Positions 1 to 10,533 of a stretch of DNA of 34,883 nt are shown here, in pieces. Numbering within the stretch: the stretch's first letter is position 1; each line of letters begins with the position of its first letter. The stretch spans positions 114,382,716 through 114,417,598 of the forward strand of contig NC_068981.1 in the NCBI RefSeq assembly GCF_001194135.2, read 5' to 3'. The position numbers and the translations under genes are program-made. The notes below the pieces were generated by a model. It made no database searches. It was not told the origin of the DNA and saw only the letters and a program-made list of their open reading frames with translations. Source of the stretch: Octopus bimaculoides. Lineage: Eukaryota.

Positions 1-60
1 GTATGTATGTATGTATGTATGTATGTATGTATGTATGTATGTATGTATGTATGTATGTAT
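1..60. repeat. (GTAT)15 microsatellite, truncated by the window start
   Basis: Perfect GTAT tandem repeat from base 1 to 60. Confidence 0.99.
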
Positions 61-735
61 GATTTTTTCTTTGAGTATAGATTAATTTTTCTTGAGAGAG
101 TTCAAGCTGGTTGCTAACAAAATAGCAAAACATTCTGAATTGAGTTCTTCGTGTTTGTGATCATGTGGCTGAGCTGGTATGTTGGTTTAACTGTCGACGC
201 CTGTACTCGTGTATGTGCATCCATTCACATAAGAATCTCACATACAGAATTTCCGAAATGTCTTACGAATCTGCACTGTGCCACTAACAGATTGGATTTG
301 GAGAATCCACGTCAGTTTCTTTCGCTCTTTTTCTGTGAAACCAAGTGTTTCTATGTTTTTTGTGCAAATTTGTTGATACATAACCTAATGCACCTATGAT
401 GGTAGGTACAAATGAGAATTCATAGTCAGCCTACAATAACTGTAAGTTCCGCATTAATTCGCCACAAATGTTCTCTTTTTCCTAAATTGTACGTTCTCGT
501 CTGCTGGGCAGCTGACCTCTACAACTGTGCATGACTTTCTTTTCCTTGTCTTATTGAACAATATCAAGTCTATTGTGCTTGCACCGAGCTGACGTTTTTA
601 TAGGAGTGTTCTACCAGAATTCCTTGTTTTTAAAAGTGTGAATCCTGCTGGTTCTAACAAGCTTTTGATGTATGCGTCAAGGCAATCCTTCCTGTAAATA
701 CTCTTTGCAACTATATCATGCCTCAGGGGCAGATA
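61..735 (-). mobile_element. 5'-truncated non-LTR retrotransposon of the RLE (restriction-like endonuclease) type, R4/Dong-like; C-terminal RLE domain plus 3' UTR, inactivated
   Basis: Minus-strand translation across frameshifts and stops: YLPLRHDIVAKSIY...KEFW*NTPIKTSARCKHNRLDIVQ*DKEKK/SCTVVEVSCPADENV/EKENICGELMRNLQLL*ADYEFSFVPTIIGALGYVSTNL/IETLGFTEKERKKLTWILQIQSVSGTVQIRKTFRKFCM*. This matches the RHD...NRPDI...(I/V)EVSCP...VP(I)IIGALG signature of R2/R4/NeSL-type RLE domains. Stop is at 238-240, then a ~177-nt 3' UTR runs directly into (ATAC)n. Confidence 0.88.
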
Positions 736-746
736 TATACATGCAT

Positions 747-915
747 GTATGTATGTATGTATGTATGTATGTATGTATGAATGTATGTATGTATGTATGT
801 ATGTATGTATGTATGTATGTATGTGTATGTGCATGTGTGTATGTATGGATATATGTGTGTGTATATATACATATATATATATATATTTATATATATATAT
901 ATATATAAGCATATG
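747..915. repeat. Compound (GTAT)n/(GT)n/(AT)n microsatellite
   Basis: Visible tandem repeats; explains the spurious YV/CM/IY-rich ORFs at 598-1023. Confidence 0.95.
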
Positions 916-2677
916 TAGTTTTATATTATATATATATACATTAGCATATATAGGGCATGTGTGTGTATTTGTGTGTGGGGGTGTAATGCATGGATAGAAG
1001 CAGACAAACAATCGCAGGTACATGGAATTTATTTACATAGGAAGTTTCTTATCCAAATATGTGATGTAATCACGTCTATCTGTACAGCTGTTTTTGGATA
1101 ATCAATGACGTGCGCTATGACAGTGCATGTTATACAATGAAGCCCAAGTGCGTAAAGAGGGTCAAATTTTGAAACACTTATTGGGCAAAGTCACGGTATC
1201 GTCGTCAGAAGACACTGAGGAGTAGCTTAGTAGAGAACAGTGGTTATAAGTATATGTTTAATAAACCGAAACGAAAGACAAGAGTAAAAGAGGCGTTACA
1301 GTGACAGGTGTAAAAGTAGGAAGACAAGAAAGGATGGAAAAGGATGAGGTAGTTGAGTGGGAGCTAGTTATTTATTATAAGATGTGAGCTATCTACACAA
1401 GAAATAAAAATTCACTATAAGATTAAATATTAAATCTCCCCTAACATTTAATCTTATAGCGATTAATCTTGCGGCCGTAATCAAAAGAAGACCGATGTAA
1501 AGATTTAGGGTGCAGATGATATTGATTTACGCTGGTCTATTCCAGAGAAGCCCTTAAATCATAGTAGACAAAGGATAGCTATGAAGTTATTAACAAAATT
1601 ATAATGGACGCTAACAAGGTAGAGATGAATATTGTAAAGTGTGTTTGAGTATAGAAATCAGTATACAAGCGTAGGTGTGTGCAAAGGAGAATATCCTAAA
1701 GTGCAGCAAAGCATCGCTTTCGGAAGAAGAAGAGTGTAAAAAGGAAAATTAATAGAGGCGCAAGGGTAGAGAGGAAGACTTATGATCTGCCTTAACTAGT
1801 TAAGCCTTCCTATTCTCCTGTCCACCACTTTGCTTTGATTATACTTTTTCTAGAGCTATTTGGCCGACACACAGTTTTAAGCTATAGAGATTATTGTTGC
1901 TCTATAAACCACAGCCTACTCATATCGGTCACGCAAACTCATTTGTAGCTTAACGTCTTCAAATCCTCGTGATCAAAGTTGTCACAGGCGCATCCCACAT
2001 TACAAAACGATGACTAGCAGCCTACATAGCATGAGTAGTATCCAATGTAAATGAATTGATTAGCTAAACATATCATCCTGCAGAATGCCTGCAATGTATA
2101 TCAACATCCTGTACACCTAACAATAAAATTATTGATGTCGCTAGGATAACGAAAACAACATCGTAGCATGAACGGATTCCTAAATGAGATCTAAAAACCA
2201 TTTTGAATTCTTTTTTTTTTTTAATTCTTTCTACTTCTCTCTGAATATCTGGTGCAATAGATATGTCTTTTAGTAATATGAAGCTAGGTCAAACTGCTAT
2301 TAACTATATTCATTTCATAACAGCCAATTTTGTTGAATGTTACTTATTTGTTTGTTNNNNNNNNNNNNNNNNNNNNNNNNNNNNNNNNNNNNNNNNNNNN
2401 NNNNNNNNNNNNNNNNNNNNNNNNNNNNNNNNNNNNNNNNNNNNNNNNNNNNNNNNNNNNNNNNNNNNNNNNNNNNNNNNNNNNNNNNNNNNNNNNNNNN
2501 NNNNNNNNNNNNNNNNNNNNNNNNNNNNNNNNNNNNNNNNNNNNNNNNNNNNNNNNNNNNNNNNNNNNNNNNNNNNNNNNNNNNNNNNNNNNNNNNNNNN
2601 NNNNNNNNNNNNNNNNNNNNNNNNNNNNNNNNNNNNNNNGCAATAAAGATGAATAAATGTATTAGAAATACCATATA

Positions 2678-3448
2678 AGATAATTCTTGATTTATTGAAA
2701 CTATCTTCTTGTCTTCAGATAAGCAAACTGCCGTTTCCTAAATGGTGTGATAAGTTCAGATAATTTTTGATTCTTGAGATTATCTCCCCCTTCCCATTCG
2801 AAACAGTTGCCATAAGACAGTAGTTTGTTCTTCTCTTGAAGGAAAAATAATTTTAATAAAATCAAGAATTTATCTTGTGTGATGTTTGATATACAGGGAG
2901 CGACAGAATTAACATCCTTTTTGTAGTTAACTTTTATAGTAGGTAAATGATTATTAAGTAATTTTTTATTGAACACAAATTTATTGCATTACTTAAAGAA
3001 ACGAATAATAAGCTAATGAAAAAAGTCTCGGAAGTTTTAAGAAATAAAAAAGAAACTCAATTAGAAACTAGAAAACTCAAAACGAGAGAAGATCAAACAA
3101 CTGTCTTATGGCAACTGTTCCGAATAGGAAGGGGGAGATAATCTCATGAATCAAGAATTATCTGAAAAGGCGTTACTTCTGCCGCACCCGGAATCTTTCT
3201 CATGGCTCATTTTCATTGAAATTCTGAAAATTGCCCCGGTGCGTAAATGCTTTCTGTTCTTTGTATAGATGTCTAAATATTTCGCTTGCTGTGTTGATGA
3301 CACATATTGAAGCAGAAACACAGTTGTCCTTATGTATCTAGACATTCTTTTCTTTAATAGCATGTCAATTTCGAAGAATATTTAATTTTTGACCTTATCT
3401 CCCCTTCTAATTTCGAGCTGGTTTATTCTTTTCTTGAAGGGAAGATAA
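2678..3448. repeat. Cluster of a palindromic repeat family (core AGATAATTCTTGATTCWTGAGATTATCTCCCCCTTC); includes an 82-bp inverted repeat at 2755..2836 / 3085..3166
   Basis: The arms match at 76/82 nt as reverse complements. Further partial arms lie at 2678-2697 and 2854-2875, and a hairpin spans 3395-3407 / 3436-3448. Confidence 0.9.
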
Positions 3449-4180
3449 GCTCAATAAATGGAGAATTAATTATTGCATGATTTTATATAACTGTGTTTTA
3501 TTGCCCATTTCATATCACTAAGTTATTTCTCTTTGCTCTCTTTAACTTATGTGCTTGTGAGAGAGTGAGTGTGCGTGTACATACATACACACTCAGACAC
3601 GCGTAATTGTTATAATTGTAGCACTCCAGAAGAGTAAGGCGAAAATCAGGACCAACGAAATATTGGTTAAAATATGAAACTAAGATATTACTGTGTATGG
3701 GATTTACTTTGCTTTGCAATTCAATTATGCTAGTACTTGGTATGATAATGAAAGCATATTCTTTGTATTGAATCTGCATATGCATACATACACAAAATTT
3801 AATGATATATATTGAACAGAAATCGAGACAAAATAAGATCCGAAGAAGTAACAATTAATTTTAAAGTAATGATAATTCACAAGAGCTTAAATGGTTTTAT
3901 TCATACATTTTATTTAGAACATAAGTATTCAGATCTTCACAAAAACAGATATTCATCTACATTAATTGACTTTTAATTCCATGGGGTACCTACATTTTAT
4001 TTATTTCTTGCTAAATGTTTGTTCTGAATTATCTTCGCTTTTGTCAGTATTCAACCTGAAAGAAAGCTAAATGCTGATGATCATCTTCGTTACAATAGCA
4101 ACAGTAGCTTATTGATTGAGTGCTTTACCGGTGAGATCAAAATACCATTAGAACAAAACAGCACGATCAAAAATGAAAAT

Positions 4181-4325
4181 ATGCGAATCATTATCCATAT
4201 TTACAATTCATTTTCTAACTAATACTGTACAGATTTATCTTGCATAATCTATTCTTTTACAATACAAAATTAATTAACTTTTAAATCATTTTTTGAGAAA
4301 ATTTATAAAAATTCTTAATATCAAG
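4181..4325 (+). repeat. ~145-bp direct repeat, copy 1
   Basis: ATGCGAAT...TTTACAATACAAAATTAATTAACTTTT...AAAATTCTTAATATCAAG recurs at 5856..5999, about 85% identical by eye. Confidence 0.9.
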
Positions 4326-5284
4326 CATTTACCTGAAACATAAATGATTCATTTCATCGGTGGTTATACTCGAGATTAATTCTTAATCTTTTAAGCTAGG
4401 TCTCTACTCATCATCTGCCATTTGAGCAGGGACATATGAACAATTCATTTTCCTGTTTTGCTATATTTACATATTTTTCTAACCTCTCACATCGACCCCA
4501 CTCGCATTACTAGATTGATTTACATTTTACAGAATCTTTCATTTCCTCATGTCATTAGAAATACCATCGATAAATTTTAAACCCCGTTATTCTCATTCTA
4601 ATGCAACATCTGTTTTACTTCTCAAACTGTTGTTCGATTCAAGCAATACTACAATACGACGCAATAAATATTTTCCCAGGAATGCAAAATAACGGAATAG
4701 AAGATATAAACGTAAAAGCTGCTAAAACCTGGGGAATAACTGCTATATTCTGATTTTATAAATCGTAAATCAGAAGCAAGAGACATGCACAATGCATATA
4801 CAAAAGGAAAATAAGAAATACAAGAGAAAAGATAACAATGAAGAATGGCTGTCTGTACTAAATGAATGAATACAAGTTTTATATGTATTGTATATAGTTT
4901 GTTAGAAACTTTATATGGTATTACGTAGAAACATAGGAAGAATATCTATTCAGTAATAATGCAGTTTTACAGTTTGGGCCAGTTTCCGTTTACTAAAAGT
5001 TTTATCAATTTACGTCCCAAAGTATCTAGAAGGAAAGTTAATCCTCATTTTACTATTAATGCTTTAGTACAGTTATTTGACAAAACACTTGCGATACAGC
5101 AATACTATGCAAAGCAAACTACAATTTTAAAAGCATAGACAATAATACATTTAACTTCGGCTTATGGGCTTTGTATTTTCCTTTAATTTTGATAGAAAAT
5201 GAATGATAACAAAATTATCACTGTATCATATTTGGCTTTCCACAATTCTTATTTTCACAAACTTTTACGAGGTCTGACAATAAC

Positions 5285-5375
5285 GAACATTCTTTCACTG
5301 GTTGCGGTTATTAGATTATGGCTATACTGGTGCACTGTCATGAGCGTTTTGGTCGATTATATCGATCCTGTTGTT
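5285..5375 (-). mobile_element. Decayed 3' tail fragment of an octopus-type SINE
   Basis: Resembles the reverse complement of the SINE tails at 9000-9090 and 21880-21960 (GGTCGAT...CCAG(C/T)AT(A/G)GCC...). Confidence 0.5.
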
Positions 5376-5855
5376 TAATTAATAATTATTTATCAAATGG
5401 CTAGTCTCCCTTAGTACGTAAGAAGGGAACTCGCACAAGATATTCATTTCTAAGCTCTTATTTATTGGTAAACCCTCGCCTTAAACTCACCCCTTCATGT
5501 TTACAAACGAAAGAGTTTGTATACAGATAAAATATAAAACAAAAATATGCTTATAAATGAAAGAGGTTATAGTTAAATAAAATATAAGACAAAAAATAGA
5601 CTACATGTTGAAATAGAAACCCTCATGTGTCGTCTCAAGAGACAAATTAGTCCGAAATCAAGAAAAAAAAATGAATAATCTCATGAGTCCGGCCTTCTCG
5701 GTGATGTCATAGTTTCTCATAGAGATGACAAACAACTGATTACCTTCGTTTTGGACTCGTCTTAATACGACAGCTTATTTCTAGCGTTCAACATTGTCCT
5801 TGTCTAAATTGCAAATTGTAGCCAATTCTGATTTCCAGCATGTTAAAGTGAAGGG

Positions 5856-5999
5856 ATGCGAATATTATCTATATTTACAATTCATTCTCCAACTAAACTG
5901 TACAGCTTCATCTTGTATATTCTAGTCTTTTACAATACAAAATTAATTAACTTTTTTAATTATTTTTTGAGAAAATATATAAAAATTCTTAATATCAAG
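5856..5999 (+). repeat. ~145-bp direct repeat, copy 2
   Basis: Matches 4181..4325. Confidence 0.9.
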
Positions 6000-6369
6000 T
6001 CCAGTTTTGAATTGGATGAATCTGTTTCTTGTTTCGATAATGGGAAAACCTCTTAATGACGTCAGCAACACATTTCTATTGTTGTGGTCTCTATTTCTAT
6101 TGTTGTAGTAATTTTAGTTTTGAAATTAAAAGCATTGGTAATATGCTTGCTAACTATTCCTAATTACCTTTTAAAAGTGTTACCTTTTAAAAGACTTTGG
6201 ATCCGATAGAAACTTCTTGTTTTTAACTTGTTCTAAAACTTGAACATGACGAGATGGTCTACGTGATCTATTTTTCTATAACGTTGCGCTAACTAGTAAT
6301 GCTTTTAGTAGTGGTAATAAGCTAGTATACAAATACCTCTACAAATACAACATAATCTCCGCATATCTT

Positions 6370-6700
6370 GGAAAATCATGAGGAAGAAACCAAGATTGTT
6401 TAATCCACAATCCAATATATCTTAGTCAATATTGTAATCAGAAACTTCTAACATTTTCCGCCGACACAAGTACAAATACTTCAACACCAATAACATTAAG
6501 ATCAGCTATTCCTTCTCAGATAAGATCGCATCCCAGATCACATACTACAACGGAAAATACTCACATATAAACACTCACTTTACCATCACCACCCAACTTG
6601 TGACTGTAGAAAGCCTTTACCTGCCCACTGAGATGATTTTCCCTTTTCAAAACACTTATATAGAGAGTTTGTATAATACCTCTGAACATTTTTAAAAGAA
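6370..6700 (+). mobile_element. Penelope-like element (PLE) relic: RT thumb/linker and Cys-rich linker
   Basis: Fragments FNP..., HFP..., YKYFNTNNIKISYSFSDKIASQITYYNGK and CDCRK../CPL match the PLE consensus WFNPP...HFP...FNxNNIKISYS...HNxK...CNCRxKxxCPL; disrupted by frameshifts. Confidence 0.75.
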
Positions 6701-6744
6701 ATTACAAAGAAATCTGCGACAAAAATAATCTCGAAAACCACTTC

Positions 6745-6815
6745 ATATTTCAATGGTTCATGTAACAAGGGTATTTTAAAATTTCCAGATATAAAATCAA
6801 TCAGTAATATCATTT
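6745..6815 (+). repeat. ~70-bp dispersed repeat, copy 1
   Basis: ATATTTCAATGGTTCATGTAACAAGGGTATTTTAAAATTTCCAGATATAAAATCAATCAGTAATATCATTTAA; a near-identical copy lies at 11720..11792. Confidence 0.9.
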
Positions 6816-7304
6816 AATCGGTGATTACTGGTGTAATCTAGTTGTCGTAACTGTAGAAAATTTCTCGGGCAGCATCTATGTGCCCGAAAGCCACAGTCTA
6901 TCACTTCAATTAAATGACCAAAAGCATCAACAAACGTCACAGAAAAAGCCACCTCATGATATTCACACGTCTGGACTTGGTACTCATCCTTAGACCATAA
7001 CGGTCCAATCAGAACTAATGATGTCTCTAGCCTGAATATGGTTTGACCTCGATTAACGAAAATTCCTCTAGCTGTTGCGTACACGTAATACACATACGTT
7101 AGACAGTGAGAGGCAAAATAGCAAATCATCAACTGAGTCTTAATTTACGAGCATACATGCATACAAGCATGTATGCATACATACATGCTTAACCATATAC
7201 ATAAATATACATATTTACATACATATATATGTGATATTTTGACCATTTAGCAATGGTGTAAGACAGACAAATGAATTAGTCTGGTATATACGTGCACATA
7301 TACA

Positions 7305-7567
7305 CAGGGGTTGGACTACATAATGGAAACACCTTAAAATTTCAAACAAATTAATTTTAATATGGAGTAGGATCGCCTTTGACAGTAATTATAGCTTGAA
7401 TTCTACGAGGTATGGACTCGTACAAAGTTTGAATTGTTTCCAAAGAAATTTTTGTCCATTCTTCAACTAAAACAGTCTACAGTTCTTGTAGTGATGATGG
7501 TGGAGGATATTGAATCCTTATTTGCTTTTCTAAAATTCATCATAAATCAGTATCTATATAAGGTAGG

Positions 7568-7617
<50 letters not shown>

Positions 7618-8562
7618 NNNNNNNNNNNNNNNNNNNNNNNNNNNNNNNNNNNNNNNNNNNNNNNNNNNNNNNNNNNNNNNNNNNNNNNNNNNNNNNNNNN
7701 NNNNNNNNNNNNNNNNNNNNNNNNNNNNNNNNNNNNNNNNNNNNNNNNNNNNNNNNNNNNNNNNNNNNNNNNNNNNNNNNNNNNNNNNNNNNNNNNNNNN
7801 NNNNNNNNNNNNNNNNNNNNNNNNNNNNNNNNNNNNNNNNNNNNNNNNNNNNNNNNNNNNNNNNNNNNNNNNNNNNNNNNNNNNNNNNNNNNNNNNNNNN
7901 NNNNNNNNNNNNNNNNNNNNNNNNNNNNNNNNNNNNNNNNNNNNNNNNNNNNNNNNNNNNNNNNNNNNNNNNNNNNNNNNNNNNNNNNNNNNNNNNNNNN
8001 NNNNNNNNNNNNNNNNNNNNNNNNNNNNNNNNNNNNNNNNNNNNNNNNNNNNNNNNNNNNNNNNNNNNNNNNNNNNNNNNNNNNNNNNNNNNNNNNNNNN
8101 NNNNNNNNNNNNNNNNNNNNNNNNNNNNNNNNNNNNNNNNNNNNNNNNNNNNNNNNNNNNNNNNNNNNNNNNNNNNNNNNNNNNNNNNNNNNNNNNNNNN
8201 NNNNNNNNNNNNNNNNNNNNNNNNNNNNNNNNNNNNNNNNNNNNNNNNNNNNNNCTCAAAGGCTGTCGTTCCTTTCGAGACAGTACTTCTTGATACACCA
8301 AACATTTTGGCTATTTTCTTTACGCTAGCGCCTGCCAACAAATTGACCTCTTTGAAAGTCCAATAGATCTGTCATTTTAATGAATTTTAATTACCTTTTT
8401 CTGACGATATCTGAAAAGTAACAGTAATTTTAGCAAAACATATTAAGCAACACTAATAATAAATCAAAAAACATAAAAATAAACAAGTTTTTAAAGTTTT
8501 TAGATATTTCAAAAATATGATGCTATGATGCTAGGTGTTTCCATTATTTTGTCCAACCCCTG
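7305..8562 (-). mobile_element. Tc1-family DNA transposon, defective, with an internal (TG)n and an assembly gap
   Basis: TIRs CAGGGGTTGGAC(TAC/AAA)ATAATGGAAACACC at both ends, with TA after 8562 and CA before 7305. Transposase N-terminus MTDLLDFQRGQFVG/AGASVKKIAKMFGVSRSTVSK starts at 8375 (-). C-terminus PPPSSLQEL*TVLVEEWTKISLETIQTLYESIPRRIQAIITVKGDPTPY* lies at ~7359-7510 (-). Confidence 0.93.
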
Positions 8563-8601
8563 TATATGTATACGTGCGTTTATCTAAGTATTCGTATGTT
8601 G

Positions 8602-8643
<42 letters not shown>

Positions 8644-8892
8644 TGTGTACTAATTCTGGTGTATTTCCACTAACGAAGGCAAAGTATTTTACTACTAAGA
8701 CTGAAATCGTCAATCTGGAGTTAACCATTCATGTTTTTATTAATTTCTTTGTTCATTTTTCTTTTCACCTGTGTTATATGAATACATGATGTGATTCTAG
8801 AGTCAGTTTTGACTGCTATTTCTGGCATAGTGGTGCCTCTTCGGTACCCTTAATTATAATATATTAATTATAATTATATATATGCATATGTT

Positions 8893-9093
8893 TGTGTGTC
8901 TGTGTTTGTCCCCATCACCATCGCTTGATAACTGATGTTGGTGTGTTTACGACCCCGTAACCTAGCGGCTCGGCAAAAGACAGTGATATAATAAGTACTA
9001 GGCCTACAAAGAATAAGTCCTGGGGTCGATTTGTTCGACTACAGGCGGTGCTCAAGCATAGCCGTAGTCAAATGACTGAAAGAAATAAAAGAA
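8893..9093 (+). mobile_element. 3' half of an octopus tRNA-derived SINE
   Basis: GTGTTTGTCCCC...ATCGCTTGATAAC...TAGCGG..CGGCAAAAGA...ATAAGTACTAGG...GGGGTCGATTTG...GGCGGTGCTC..GCAT..CCG.AGTCAAATGACTGAAA; homologous to 21745..21962. Confidence 0.88.
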
Positions 9094-9104
9094 TATATAT
9101 ATTA

Positions 9105-9325
9105 CGGAGATATACTTGCATAGCAAGTGACCTGATCTGACGTCGTGTGCTGGAACGAAAAAAATTGCAGCGTGGAAGGTGTTTATAAGCCATTTAAGAA
9201 ACACACAAAAACTGTTAGATTCACTTCAACATTTAAATTTAATTTGCCAAAATATTTTCATCTCTTTAAGACCGCGACCTGTTCACTGACAAAATTCCGT
9301 GCTGCATCTGAGAAAGTAACAGTTA
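9105..9325 (+). mobile_element. Fragment of an interspersed octopus repeat (possibly one arm of a foldback/MITE)
   Basis: GGAGATATACTTGCATAGCAAGTGACCTGATCTGA...GACCGCGACCTGTTCACTGACAAAATTCCG resembles a high-copy octopus repeat I recall; not verified. Confidence 0.45.
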
Positions 9326-9341
9326 GTTTATGATATACAGG

Positions 9342-9505
9342 TACGTATGTATGTGTGTATGTGTGTATGTATGTATGTATGTATGTATGTATGTATGTAT
9401 GTGTACATGTATGTGCGTATGTATATGTGTACATGCGTATGCATGTGTGGATGCCTATACGCATGTATGTACGTATGTATGTAAGTATATACGTATGTAC
9501 TTATG
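9342..9505. repeat. (GTAT)n-rich compound microsatellite next to a gap
   Basis: Direct inspection. Confidence 0.92.
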
Positions 9506-9759
9506 NNNNNNNNNNNNNNNNNNNNNNNNNNNNNNNNNNNNNNNNNNNNNNNNNNNNNNNNNNNNNNNNNNNNNNNNNNNNNNNNNNNNNNNNNNNNNNN
9601 NNNNNNNNNNNNNNNNNNNNNNNNNNNNNNNNNNNNNNNNNNNNNNNNNNNNNNNNNNNNNNNNNNNNNNNNNNNNNNNNNNNNNNNNNNNNNNNNNNNN
9701 NNNNNNNNNNNNNNNNNNNNNNNNNNNNNNNNNNNNNNNNNNNNNNNNNNNNNNNNNNN

Positions 9760-9790
<31 letters not shown>

Positions 9791-10099
9791 CAGTATTTTC
9801 ATGGATAACGGTTAAAATTCAAATTTGCTTTTTTATTATTTTTTAATCTTTTTTTACACATACATATACAATACGTACATATATCTACACACATACTCAT
9901 GCGTGCATGCATGTACATACTATACACTAACATAGACAACACACAACACATACACACACGTACACACACATACATCTACACATACGTATCAAACTATGTA
10001 CGATCATACGGTTATATATAACTACATATATGTATTTCAGTATCATGCATCTCAACATGTATGCATGGATTTCCACATGTAAATGAGAGAAAGGGGTAG

Positions 10100-10456
10100 C
10101 TATAGAGGGACACTTCCGAGTGGAATCTGGGTGTTACCCCATTCAGATTTACGGTTGAGAGTGGGTTTGTATTCTTGTATACAGACAACTTCAGTGATTG
10201 TCTCTGCATTGCATCAGTGGGATGTGTAGATAAGATGTTTAACTTAAGGAGTTTAACCTAAGGAGCCCTTGTGGCAGTCTACAGCATACTGATAGAAGAT
10301 GGAGTTTGGTTTCATTTCAATGTAGTTATCCAGGTGTTCTTTAAACCTATCATTGATGCTCTTAGAAGTCTCACCAATGTATGACTCTGGGATAGTCGCG
10401 CAAGCTCCTTCTTGGCACTTAATCTGGTATACAGTGCTCTTCGTTTTGCATTCACA
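10100..10456 (-). mobile_element. Penelope-like element relic: GIY-YIG endonuclease domain (one stop, frameshifts)
   Basis: CECKTKSTVYQIKCQEGACATIPESYIGETSKSINDRFKEHLDNYIEMKPNSIFYQYAVDCHKGSLG*, then KLNILSTHPTDAMQRQS/EVVCIQEYKPTLNRKSEWGNTQIPLGSVPL*. The VY...YIGET...RFKEH...E..I...KP.LN pattern is that of a PLE GIY-YIG nuclease. Confidence 0.9.
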
Positions 10457-10533
10457 TGTGGGTTAGGGTTAAGGCTATATATATATATATATATATATAT
10501 ATACGTGTATGTATGTATGTATGTATGTATCTA

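Noticed and set aside
1480-1800. Possible CR1/L2 LINE 3' end on the minus strand (LWNR-like motif)
   Set aside because: Only one weak motif, with many stops; not enough to call.
5640-5780. Hammerhead-like GACGAGTCC..CGAA on the minus strand
   Set aside because: It lacks the CTGA core and the GGAC pairing partner.
6797-7132. 111-aa minus-strand ORF, and a plus-frame GDYWC (Ig-like) motif
   Set aside because: No convincing domain, start context or splice signals; the length is within chance for this composition.
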